Origin: Gammaproteobacteria bacterium 13_2_20CM_66_19
GTDB taxonomy: Bacteria; Pseudomonadota; Gammaproteobacteria; Steroidobacterales; Steroidobacteraceae
NCBI GenBank assembly: GCA_001914695.1
Contig: MNCZ01000066.1
Coordinates: 10,544 to 74,543 of the forward strand
Length of the DNA: 64,000 nt
Direction of reading: 5' to 3'
This document shows positions 1-8,003 of this stretch, piece by piece. Below the pieces are notes generated by a model that was not told where the DNA came from, ran no database searches, and saw only the letters and a list, made by a program, of their open reading frames with translations. The position numbers were made by a program, and so were the translations under genes. The first letter of the stretch is position 1. The number at the start of each line of letters is the position of its first letter.

Positions 1-213
1 GGCATCGGCCCTGCGGTGCGCAGCGGCCTGCGCGCGGCGCAGGCGATCACCGACGGCAAGTCCTACCGGCTCGATCATGTGAGCAGCGCCAGCGTGATGA
101 GCATCGGCCGCAGTATGCTCGGGCGCGCAGCCGGCGCCGGTGTGTTTTCCGGGCGCAGCCCGCGCGTGCCCGGCGGAGGACCCGCACATGGCCTACGTCA
201 CCGTGATCAATGA
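1..213 (+). CDS. C-terminal fragment of a probable FAD-dependent oxidoreductase (geranylgeranyl reductase-like); 5' end outside window
   Basis: Frame 1 is open from base 1 and reads GIGPAVRSGLRAAQAITDG..., which resembles the C-terminal GxGI..A..SG..AA.AI segment of FAD-dependent reductases. It would overlap the next gene by 26 nt. Weak call. Confidence 0.3.
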   Translation, partial: GIGPAVRSGLRAAQAITDGKSYRLDHVSSASVMSIGRSMLGRAAGAGVFSGRSPRVPGGGPAHGLRHRDQ

Positions 214-577
214 GCACCAGCACGTGCAGCAGATCGTCTCGGGGCATCATCACCTGACGGCCGACGCGCCGGTCGCCGCGGGCGGGAGCGATGCGGGATT
301 CGCGCCGCGCGAGCTGCTGCTCGCGAGCCTCGGGGCCGATACTGCGATGGCGCTGCGCAAGCACGCCGTCCAGAACGACTGGACGCTCGGGAAGATCACG
401 GTCGGCGTGCGCTGGTCGCGCAACCCCTCGGGAGCCGATCACATCGAGCGGCGACTGTCGTTCGGCCGTCCGCTGACTGCGCAGCAGAAGGCGCGGCTGC
501 TCGAGGTCGCCGCCGCCACGCCGGTCGCGAGTCTGCTGCGCGCGGGGATTGCGATCCAGTCGTCCGTGATCGACTGA
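188..577 (+). CDS. OsmC/Ohr family protein
   Basis: ATG at 188 lies 7 nt after GGAGGA. The 129-aa product reads MAYVTVINEHQHVQQIVSGHHHLTADAP...GGSDAGFAPRELLLASLGADTAM, the typical OsmC-fold size and layout. Confidence 0.75.
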   Translation: MAYVTVINEHQHVQQIVSGHHHLTADAPVAAGGSDAGFAPRELLLASLGADTAMALRKHAVQNDWTLGKITVGVRWSRNPSGADHIERRLSFGRPLTAQQKARLLEVAAATPVASLLRAGIAIQSSVID

Positions 578-582
578 GCGCT

Positions 583-2175
583 TCAGATCGCCGGCTCGCG
601 CGCCGCGCCCGGCGCATCGAGCTCGCCTAAGCTGCGACCGCGTGACTCGCGCCCGTAGAGCGCAATGAGGATCGTGGAGCCGACCGCCGGCACCGCGATC
701 GCGGTCACGGCCGCCGCAAGCGGCGGCACGCCCGCGACCACGCTCAAAGCCTGCGCCGCGAGTCCGCCGAGCTTGCTGCAGGCGGCGACCCAGCCGGTGG
801 CGCGGCCGCGGATGCGCAGCGGATAGTTCTCGGCCGCGTAGGGCAGCAGCATCGAGATCACCCCGCTCGAGCCGAGAATGATCAGAGCGACGGGGATGAG
901 GGGGTGCGACATCTCTCCGGCGCCGAGCTGCTGCAGGGTGAGCCCCAGCATTCCGAGCACCATGACGCCGGTCATCGCGACCAGCGACCACTTGGTGCTC
1001 CAGGCGCTGAACAGCCAGGCGCAGACGACGATGGTCGGAGCCGCGATGAGCGTGGATCGGGCGATGAGCGCGCTCGAGGCGCCGACGCTGCGCCCCTCGG
1101 CGATGAGCGCCGCCGGCAGCCACAGCAGCAGGCCGAAGTTCACCAGGCCCCAGGCGAGCGCTGCGAGGGTCAGTGCGGCGGTGACGCCGAGGAATCCGCG
1201 CCCCACCGGAGGAACGGGCGCGTGACTCTCGGGCTCGGTCGCGGCGGCCGCGCTCACCACGCTCGCAGGGCTCAACTCGACGCCGAACCGCGCGAGCGTG
1301 GCGCGCGCGAGATCTGCGCGACCCATCTGCTGCAGGAAACGCGCCGACTCCGGAATCAGCGGGCTCAGCGCGACCAGGATCAGGCCGGTCGGCAGGTTGA
1401 GAAACCACATGATGCGCCAGCCGAAGATCGGCTGCAGCAGCGCCGAGAGGGAGCTCGCCGCGAAGAAGCCGCCGAGAGCGCCGATACCGCCGACGACCAC
1501 CAGAGTCCACCCGCGGTGCCGCGTCGGCATGATCTCGGCGAGCAGCGCGTAGGCCACCGGCAGCATGCCGCCGGCGGCCGCACCCATCATGAAGCACATG
1601 GCGACGTTCCACCAGAAATCCGGCATCGCGCCGCAGATGGAGGTGCCGACAAAAAGAACCGAAGACAACACGATCGAAGCGCGCCGCCCGTAGATGTCGG
1701 CCATCACACCCCAGAGGCAGGAGCCGACGACAGTGCCGGCGAGCGCCGCGAACGGCAGCCACGACACCAATCCCGCGCTCACGTGGTATTCGGTGCGCAT
1801 TCCCGGCGTCACGAACCCGAGACTCGCCGGCTTCATGATGTCGATGACGAGGGCGAGCGCGAGAAGGCCGGCCACGCGCCAGTGCGCCGCGGTCAGCGGC
1901 GCATTCTCGAGCGGCGCGATCACATCGATCGGCAGGGACTCCTGCTCCGGCGCGGACTTCGGCAGCAGCCCGAAGGCCGCGAGTCCCGCCCCCACCACGA
2001 TGGCCGCCATGCCGAGCAACATGCCCGGCTCCATGGGCATGCCCGCGAGGATGTAGCCGCTGCCGCGGGCCATCAGGAACATCGGCAGGTGGAGCACCAC
2101 GCCCGCGGTGACGAGCGTGCAGCCCAACCAGAAGGCGATGCTGTTGCGCCGCTCGGCGATGAGGACCGCCCGCAC
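583..2175 (-). CDS. MFS transporter
   Basis: 530-aa ORF with about 12 hydrophobic helices and MFS-like loops (ADIYGRRASIV, PESARFL). Coding-like composition, unlike the overlapping Arg/Ala-rich shadow ORFs. GTG start. Confidence 0.85.
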   Translation of the reverse strand: MRAVLIAERRNSIAFWLGCTLVTAGVVLHLPMFLMARGSGYILAGMPMEPGMLLGMAAIVVGAGLAAFGLLPKSAPEQESLPIDVIAPLENAPLTAAHWRVAGLLALALVIDIMKPASLGFVTPGMRTEYHVSAGLVSWLPFAALAGTVVGSCLWGVMADIYGRRASIVLSSVLFVGTSICGAMPDFWWNVAMCFMMGAAAGGMLPVAYALLAEIMPTRHRGWTLVVVGGIGALGGFFAASSLSALLQPIFGWRIMWFLNLPTGLILVALSPLIPESARFLQQMGRADLARATLARFGVELSPASVVSAAAATEPESHAPVPPVGRGFLGVTAALTLAALAWGLVNFGLLLWLPAALIAEGRSVGASSALIARSTLIAAPTIVVCAWLFSAWSTKWSLVAMTGVMVLGMLGLTLQQLGAGEMSHPLIPVALIILGSSGVISMLLPYAAENYPLRIRGRATGWVAACSKLGGLAAQALSVVAGVPPLAAAVTAIAVPAVGSTILIALYGRESRGRSLGELDAPGAAREPAI

Positions 2176-2193
2176 CCCCCTCGCTCCCCCCGG

Positions 2194-2637
2194 TCAGGCG
2201 GCGAACAGCTGGCGACCGATGTCGCGGAAGGACTTGAACTCGAGCGCGTTGCCGGTGGGGTCGCGGATGAAGAGCGTCGACTGCTCTCCGGGGGTGTTGG
2301 CAAAACGGGTGCAGGGCTCGATGACCCAGTCGACCGGGTGCCCGCGCAGTCTCCCCGCCAGCTCGCTCCAGTCGCCGGGCTCGAGCACCACCCCACAGTG
2401 CGGCACCGGCACCCCCAGACCCTCAACGGCGTTGAAATGCGCGTCGACGCGCCCCCGCGGTCCGAGCTGCCGGTTGAGATGGCAGACGAACTGATGCCCG
2501 AACATGTTGAAGTCGACCCAGTCGGCGGCGCTGCGGCCCTCGGAGCAACCGAGCACCCCGCTATAGAAGCGCCGCGCCTCCTCGAGATCGCGGACCTGCA
2601 CGGCGACGTGAAAGGGGGTGAGGAGGGTGCGGCTCAC
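2194..2637 (-). CDS. VOC (glyoxalase/bleomycin resistance/dioxygenase) family protein
   Basis: 147 aa. N-terminal FHVAVQVRDLEEARRFYSGVLG matches the VOC beta-alpha-beta-beta-beta module. GTG start directly after an in-frame stop. Confidence 0.7.
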   Translation of the reverse strand: MSRTLLTPFHVAVQVRDLEEARRFYSGVLGCSEGRSAADWVDFNMFGHQFVCHLNRQLGPRGRVDAHFNAVEGLGVPVPHCGVVLEPGDWSELAGRLRGHPVDWVIEPCTRFANTPGEQSTLFIRDPTGNALEFKSFRDIGRQLFAA

Positions 2638-2940
2638 CTAAGGGAGGATACCAGAGGCATCCCTGCGCCGCCGGTGCGTCCCTGCACCGGCGGGGGCGCG
2701 TCCCTGCGCCCGGGGCGGCGCGTGTCAGCGCGCCGCTCACTTCCCTACGCCGCCGGAGCCTCCGTGCGCCGGCGGTCAAGAGTAGAAAGAACGACCTCGA
2801 AGACGTGGAAGGTGAGCCTTCGAGAAGGCTACGCCTTCAGGACGCCGCGCAGAGGGGCTGACAGTGTGGCCGTCCCTTGGGAGTGTCCGGCCACCCTTCG
2901 AGCCCTCTGATCACAGTGCATCCTTCCGTTTCCGAGGCCG

Positions 2941-3675
2941 TTAAAAACGCGTCAGACCGGGTGGGGGGTCATCTCGGACGACGCGATCTGGCAAACCCTT
3001 CTTGTGCTCGTACATCGCCTGTTCGGCGCTCTCCAACAGCTTGTCGATACTCAGCGGACGGCGCGGATTGAAGTGCGCGACGCCGACGCTCAGCGACAGC
3101 GGCGGCAGGTCCGTGCCGCCCTCCTGCGGAGTGCGGGCCGCGCGCAGCAGAATCGCACCGCGCGAGGCGTACTGCGGACTCATCGTGAGCGTGGCGAACT
3201 CATCCCCGGAGAGGCGCCCGAGCACTTCGTACACTCCGTAGCTCGGGAACAGATCCCGCATGAAATTCCCCATCTGGCGGATCATGACATCGCCGGTGGA
3301 GCGGCCCATGGTCTGGTTGATCCGCTCGAGGTGGTTCAGGTCGAAATAGATGAGATGGGCGGCGCGCACATCGCGGCTTGCGACGTCGAGCAGCCTCGTG
3401 CCCGACTGCACGAACCCGCGCCGGTTGAAGAGGCCGGTCAGCTCGTCGGTGAGCGTCACGCACCGGAGCGAATGCACCATGTTGAGTAGCGTTGTCAGCT
3501 GCATCGAGATCCGCTGTCCGCGGGAGAGCCCCTGCAGGTGCAGCAGATCCGACAGCAGCTGCGTGACGCGTACGTCGTCCCCTTCGACAGCGGCGGCGCG
3601 CAACTCGCCCGCCAGCTCACTATTACGGGTGCGCGGCGTCCCCTCGGCGGACCGTTGCACCGAGCCCGTGTCCAT
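2941..3675 (-). CDS. Diguanylate cyclase (GGDEF domain, SGDEF variant) with short N-terminal helical region
   Basis: DELTGLFNRRGF ... GRLSGDEFATL ... SLSVGVAH are canonical GGDEF-domain blocks. I start at ATG 3675 (MDTGSVQ). The upstream 54 codons of the 298-aa ORF run through a lower-GC, non-coding-looking stretch and into the tandem repeat. Confidence 0.8.
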   Translation of the reverse strand: MDTGSVQRSAEGTPRTRNSELAGELRAAAVEGDDVRVTQLLSDLLHLQGLSRGQRISMQLTTLLNMVHSLRCVTLTDELTGLFNRRGFVQSGTRLLDVASRDVRAAHLIYFDLNHLERINQTMGRSTGDVMIRQMGNFMRDLFPSYGVYEVLGRLSGDEFATLTMSPQYASRGAILLRAARTPQEGGTDLPPLSLSVGVAHFNPRRPLSIDKLLESAEQAMYEHKKGLPDRVVRDDPPPGLTRF

Positions 3676-3834
3676 TATGAGATTCCCCGGCAGCCAGACG
3701 CGATATGTCAATAGACGATGGTCCAAGCATAGTCGGCTGCTGCTCTGCGCCAAAACGGCGAACGCCCCAAATGAGGATGGGCGGCGGTCGCGTCGGAGGA
3801 TCAGGAATTTCCCGATGGCGGCGCGACGCCGCGC

Positions 3835-3910
3835 CACAGCTTCAGGTTAGATCACAGCTTCAGGTTAGATCACAGCTTCAGGTCAGATCACAGCCAGGTC
3901 AGATCACAGG
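3835..3910. repeat. 18-bp tandem direct repeat array (about 4.3 copies) between the response regulator and the GGDEF gene
   Basis: Read directly: CACAGCTTCAGGTTAGAT x2, CACAGCTTCAGGTCAGAT, CACAGC--CAGGTCAGAT, then partial CACAGG. No spacers, so it is not CRISPR. Confidence 0.95.
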
Positions 3911-3936
3911 TGTGTCACCGCTCACGGCGCGCCCGG

Positions 3937-4572
3937 TCACGCCTGCGTCACGCCGCTGCGGATCGCGTAGCGCACCAGGCTCGCGGTGTCGTGAATGTCG
4001 AGCTTCTGCATGAGCTTGGAGCGATGCGACTCCACCGTCTTGGCGCTGATCGCGAGGCGCGCCGCGATGGCCTTGGTGGAATGGCCTTCGGCGATCAGCT
4101 GCAACACCTGGCGCTCGCGCACCGACAGCGCGTCGGCCGAGTGCTGCGGCGTGAGGTAGGCCTTGGCCACGGCGCCGGCAACCCCGGGGCTCAGGTATAC
4201 CTCGCCGCGGCAGACCCCTTCGATGGCCTGCACCAGATCGCGCGCGGCCTGACTCTTCAGGACGTAGCCCTTGACGCCACAGCGCAGGGCCTCGGTGACG
4301 TACTGCTGCTCGTCGTGCTGTGTCAGCACCACGAGCTTCACGCGCGGACAGATGCGCGCCAGCTCGAGCGCCGCGTTCAGCCCGTTGAACTGCGGCATGC
4401 CGATATCGAGCACGGCCACATCGGGGTTCTCGCTGCGCACCAGACGTACCGCCTCGCGGCCGTCGGCGGCCTCGCCGGCGACCACGAAGCCCGCGCTCTG
4501 CAACAGCGTCTTCAAGCCCTGCCTGACGAGTACGTGATCGTCGGCGAGCACGAGTCGTATGCCCATCGTCAC
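3937..4572 (-). CDS. NarL/FixJ (LuxR-type HTH) response regulator
   Basis: Receiver domain (LVLADDH...VAVLDIGMP...VLTQH) plus C-terminal LuxR HTH (LSVRERQVLQLIAEGHSTKAIAARLAISAKTVESHRSKLMQKL). 4-nt overlap with the upstream kinase gene. Confidence 0.92.
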   Translation of the reverse strand: MTMGIRLVLADDHVLVRQGLKTLLQSAGFVVAGEAADGREAVRLVRSENPDVAVLDIGMPQFNGLNAALELARICPRVKLVVLTQHDEQQYVTEALRCGVKGYVLKSQAARDLVQAIEGVCRGEVYLSPGVAGAVAKAYLTPQHSADALSVRERQVLQLIAEGHSTKAIAARLAISAKTVESHRSKLMQKLDIHDTASLVRYAIRSGVTQA

Positions 4573-5501
4573 CTTCCCAGGGGCAGATTAAACTTGATCT
4601 GCGCGCCCTGCCCAGGGGCGGAGACGATGTGCAGCGTTCCTCCCAGCGCGCCCAGCCGCTCGCGCATGCCACGCAGGCCCAGTCCGCCGCGGCGTACGCA
4701 CGACTCGACCTCGAAGCCGACGCCGTCGTCGCTGATCAGACAGCGCAGCGAATCGAGCTCCTGATCGATCTCGATGACAATGTGCGCTGCCTTCGAGTGA
4801 CGCGCGGCGTTGGTGAGCGCTTCCTGGACCACGCGGTACAGCGCCGTCTCCACCGGCGCCGGCAGGCGCTGCGTGATGCTGGAGCGCACGTCAACCGGAA
4901 TGCGCGTGCGACCCGATACCGCTGCCGCGAGGAACTCGATCGCGGCGAGCCAGCCGAGGTCGTCGAGCACCATCGGCCGCAGCTCATGGGACAGGTGCCG
5001 CAGCTGCTGCTCGGCCTGATCGAGGACCTGCTGGCACTCCTGGATCTTGGGTGCGGCCGCGGGTATCTCGCGCGCCACCGCCGCGAGCTGCAGGTGCACG
5101 GACACCAGCAGCTGCCCCGAATCGTCGTGCAGGGCGTGAGCGATGCGCCGGATCTCCTGCTCGAGCATCTCGTTGATGTGCCGCCAGGCGATCAGCGAGT
5201 CGCGATAGCCCCGATGGGTCATCTCGAAGGGCGACAGGGTCTCGGCGAGGAAAGTCTCCGCCGAGTCGATCAGCAAGCCCGGGTCGCGAGGAGCGCGGTC
5301 GTCGGAGGCGAGGGTACGTAACGCCCGGCTGTGCACGCCCACCAGCTCCGGAATGCTCCGGCCGTCGGCCAGCGCCTTACGCCCGAGCTCGTACCCACGC
5401 GCGAGCAGCGCCTCGCCGCCGTACGCCACGTAAGCCGCCAGCGCCTCGCGGTAATCCGAATCCAGCAAGTCGGGCTTCGGACGTATGGCGCTCATGCCCA
5501 T
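4569..5501 (-). CDS. Histidine kinase (HisKA_3/HATPase_c) with N-terminal RsbU-N-like domain
   Basis: H-box IAHALHDDSGQLL and NarX/DesK-type ATPase blocks (EALTNAARHS, DDGVGF, GGLGLRGMRERL). The N-terminal roughly 90 aa (DYREALAAYV...GRSIPELVGVHSRALRTL...FLAETLSPFEM) resembles the RsbT-binding N-domain of RsbU. Confidence 0.85.
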   Translation of the reverse strand: MGMSAIRPKPDLLDSDYREALAAYVAYGGEALLARGYELGRKALADGRSIPELVGVHSRALRTLASDDRAPRDPGLLIDSAETFLAETLSPFEMTHRGYRDSLIAWRHINEMLEQEIRRIAHALHDDSGQLLVSVHLQLAAVAREIPAAAPKIQECQQVLDQAEQQLRHLSHELRPMVLDDLGWLAAIEFLAAAVSGRTRIPVDVRSSITQRLPAPVETALYRVVQEALTNAARHSKAAHIVIEIDQELDSLRCLISDDGVGFEVESCVRRGGLGLRGMRERLGALGGTLHIVSAPGQGAQIKFNLPLGR

Positions 5502-5507
5502 GTGCCT

Positions 5508-6110
5508 TCAGCTCGCGCGCGCCACCACCACCAGGGCGTCATCGTTCCTCTGGCAGTGATGGGCCATGATGTGATCGGCCAGCGGCTGCGCCGAGGCGCC
5601 GAAAGCGAGGCCCTCGGAGAAGTGCCGGTTGATCCCATCGGTGGCGAATATCAGCGTGTCCCTCGGTCGGAGGGGAATAGCAGAAGCGTGTAGCGCAGGC
5701 AAATCGCCGTAGCCGAGCACGCCGGGACGCACCAGCAGCTCCTCGCGCGGGGTAGCGTGGCCGTTGGCGTGGAAGACGACGCCGACCACATTGCCGACGC
5801 CAAGCCAGCTCAGGGTGGCCTGACGCAGATCGATGCTGGCGATGCTCAAGACCACGCCACGGGTTCCGCGCAACGTCACGTGACAGCGCATCAGCAGACC
5901 CGCGAGGTTCTCCTGCGGGTGGCGCAGGATGGTGTCGGCGGCGAGCCGCGCGCTCGCCGCAGCCTCCTCGCCGTGACCGATGCCGTCGATGGCCGCGACC
6001 AGCACGCCGCCACCGCGGTCGTAGTAGTGCACCACCTCGAGGTCGCCGGATACCCGCTGCCCCGGCGCGGCGCTGCCGGCGATCCCCAATTCCAGGCTCA
6101 GGGGAGCCAT
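5508..6110 (-). CDS. rsbX: PP2C/SpoIIE-family serine phosphatase, RsbX-like stressosome feedback phosphatase
   Basis: 200 aa. SGDLEVVHY...VAAIDGIGHGEEAA ... IFATDGI ... DDALVVVAR are PP2C metal-binding blocks. Position directly after rsbT as in rsbRSTX modules. Confidence 0.8.
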   Translation of the reverse strand: MAPLSLELGIAGSAAPGQRVSGDLEVVHYYDRGGGVLVAAIDGIGHGEEAAASARLAADTILRHPQENLAGLLMRCHVTLRGTRGVVLSIASIDLRQATLSWLGVGNVVGVVFHANGHATPREELLVRPGVLGYGDLPALHASAIPLRPRDTLIFATDGINRHFSEGLAFGASAQPLADHIMAHHCQRNDDALVVVARAS

Positions 6111-6511
6111 TTGGTCACCGTCACGGTGGTGCCACCGCCGGCGCGGGAGTTGATGTCGAACTCATCCATCAGGCGGCGCACGCCGGGGAGCCCGAGTCCC
6201 AGGCCGCCGGAGCTCGAGTAGCCGTCGCGCAGTGCCTGCGCGATGTCGGCTATCCCCGGACCCGAGTCGCTCGCGATGATGGTGATGCCCACGGCGCCAT
6301 TGGCCCCGTTGGCCGGCTTGAGCGTGACGCTCCCCGGGTTGGCATAAGAGACGATGTTGCGCGCGAGCTCGGAGATGGCGGTCGCGATCAGCGTCGCCTC
6401 ACTGACGGTAAAACCCGTCTGCAGCGCCACCGCCCGACCCTGCTGTCGGGCTGTGACGACGTCCTTGTCCGATGCGATCCGTATCTGGGTCTCTGCGGCC
6501 AAGGGCAACAC
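6098..6511 (-). CDS. rsbT: Stressosome switch serine kinase RsbT (GHKL ATPase)
   Basis: 137 aa. ELARNIVSYA (N-box), IIASDSGPGIADI (G1), GGLGLGLPGVRRLMDEF (G2). Size and gene order match RsbT. Confidence 0.85.
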   Translation of the reverse strand: MLPLAAETQIRIASDKDVVTARQQGRAVALQTGFTVSEATLIATAISELARNIVSYANPGSVTLKPANGANGAVGITIIASDSGPGIADIAQALRDGYSSSGGLGLGLPGVRRLMDEFDINSRAGGGTTVTVTKWLP

Positions 6512-6518
6512 CGCACCT

Positions 6519-6881
6519 TCAGTTCATGCCGCGCGATTTCTGCTGCAGGTACGCCAGGCCTTCCTCCAGATCGAGCGCGGTGGGGACGTCCTCCAGCGTC
6601 AATCCGAGTTGTACCATCGCGAAGGCGACCTCCGGCTGGATACCGACGATGACGGTAGCGGCGCCGCGCAGGCGGATCATGTGCGAGATCTCGAGCAGTG
6701 TGCGGGAGGCAAAGGAATCCATCACGTCCATCGCGGTGACGTCCACGATGACTCCCGACGAGCGGAAACGCACCACCTGCTGTACGAGCGCGGTACGCAG
6801 CTCGAGGAGATCGGCATCCGACAGGGCCGCCTGGATGGTCGCGATGAGGACGCTGCCCTGCTTGAGAATCGGTACTTGCAC
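6519..6881 (-). CDS. rsbS: STAS-domain stressosome scaffold protein RsbS
   Basis: GTG start at 6881 (VQVPILKQGSVLIATIQ...). 120-aa single STAS domain with the conserved phosphorylatable DSF motif (VMDSFASRTL). The upstream part of the 382-aa ORF overlaps rsbR in another frame and is spurious. Confidence 0.85.
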   Translation of the reverse strand: MQVPILKQGSVLIATIQAALSDADLLELRTALVQQVVRFRSSGVIVDVTAMDVMDSFASRTLLEISHMIRLRGAATVIVGIQPEVAFAMVQLGLTLEDVPTALDLEEGLAYLQQKSRGMN

Positions 6882-6895
6882 CCGGGATTCCCTGG

Positions 6896-7810
6896 CTAAC
6901 GGGCCTCGCTCTGCGGGGAGACCTTGTAGCCGAGCAGCCGCTCGGCCTGCTCGATGCCGCCTTGCAGGTCGCCCACGGTGTTCATCTTGCCGAGTTCCAC
7001 CCCGATTGTAACGAGAGTCTGCGCGATCTCGGGCGACAGGCCGGTCACGATCACGGTAGCGCCCAGCAGCCGCGAGGCTTCCACCGTCTGCACCAGGTGA
7101 TTGGCGACCGTGACGTCCATCGCCGCGACGCCGGTGATGTCGATGACGACCACCTTGGCGCGGTTGGTGCGAATCCCCCGCAGCAGCTGCTCGGTCAACT
7201 GCCGCGCGCGCTGCGGATCGATGACGCCGATGATCGGCAGGATGAGCAGCCGCTCGCGCACCTGTAACACGGGCGTCGACAGCTCGCGGATGGCTTCCTG
7301 CTGCTGGCGGATGACGCGCTCGCGCTCCTGCACGAAGCCGACCGCCACGGTGTTGGCAATGCGGTTGGCCGCGGGCTCGTACGCATCCAGAATGCGGTTG
7401 AGCTTCTCGAAGTCGGTCTGGTACTTGGCGAACAGCGACCGCGCCAGCACGTCGCGCAGCAGCAGCACGATGCCCACCACTTCGTGGGTCTCGACGCCGC
7501 GGGGGATGATGCGCTCGGAGAGATTGCGCGCGTAGGCCTGCAGTGCCTCGAAGGTGCCAGTCTCGAGAGCCGCGACGTAGCTGTCGTACACCGAGGTGGC
7601 TTCCGCGAAGATCTCCTCCTGAGTCATCGCGGTCAGCAGCTGCGCCTCGGCGATGCGCGCCACCCACTCCTCGCGCAGCAGCGTGCGGTTCTGGCGCAGG
7701 TGCGCGACCAGCTCCCGCAGCAGCTCGATCTTCGGCTCGGTGCGCGCCAGGTCAGGCGTGCGGGTTTTTTGCGCCACGGAGCCCCGCGGCGGGTTCTTGT
7801 CACTCTGCAT
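6896..7810 (-). CDS. rsbR: Stressosome sensor protein RsbR (N-terminal helical sensor domain + C-terminal STAS)
   Basis: ATG 7810 lies 5 nt after GGAGG. The C-terminus reads PVLQVRERLLILPIIGVIDPQRARQL...VVVIDITGVAAMDVTVANHL...VTGLSPEIAQTL, a typical RsbR STAS domain. The N-terminal roughly 150 aa is an all-helical RsbR-type sensor domain. Confidence 0.85.
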   Translation of the reverse strand: MQSDKNPPRGSVAQKTRTPDLARTEPKIELLRELVAHLRQNRTLLREEWVARIAEAQLLTAMTQEEIFAEATSVYDSYVAALETGTFEALQAYARNLSERIIPRGVETHEVVGIVLLLRDVLARSLFAKYQTDFEKLNRILDAYEPAANRIANTVAVGFVQERERVIRQQQEAIRELSTPVLQVRERLLILPIIGVIDPQRARQLTEQLLRGIRTNRAKVVVIDITGVAAMDVTVANHLVQTVEASRLLGATVIVTGLSPEIAQTLVTIGVELGKMNTVGDLQGGIEQAERLLGYKVSPQSEAR

Positions 7811-8003
7811 GCAGACCTCCCAAGGCAAAAGCCGGCCTGGCGGGACCCCCCAGCACGGCATAAGGTGAAGTAACAGCTTCGCGTGGTGCGGGGCATCAGG
7901 AAAGCCCCGGTCACGGGTCAGGTAAACACCCTAGTGGAAATACATCGAGGACGTAACCAATTGATTTTGCAGACCTGAACAGCGAGCGTGGCCTTCACCC
8001 TGG

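Noticed and set aside
47-2910. Very long ORFs antisense to, or out of frame with, the MFS transporter (47..1762 minus, 904..2910 plus). Similar giants occur elsewhere: 34809..37277, 35386..37527, 38409..40436, 41345..43660, 52591..55698, 53087..55264, 56019..58223 and 58611..61169.
   Set aside because: Their translations are dominated by Arg/Ala/Gly/Pro with no domain blocks. They overlap genes that have unmistakable conserved motifs. These are the stop-poor shadow frames expected in about 70% GC DNA.
3835-3910. Possible CRISPR array
   Set aside because: The repeats are directly abutting 18-mers with no spacers, and no cas genes are present. It is a simple tandem repeat.
6882-7667. Upstream 260 codons of the 382-aa ORF that ends as RsbS
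   Set aside because: This part overlaps rsbR in another frame and is Arg/Ala-rich. The STAS domain begins at GTG 6881, just after the rsbR stop.
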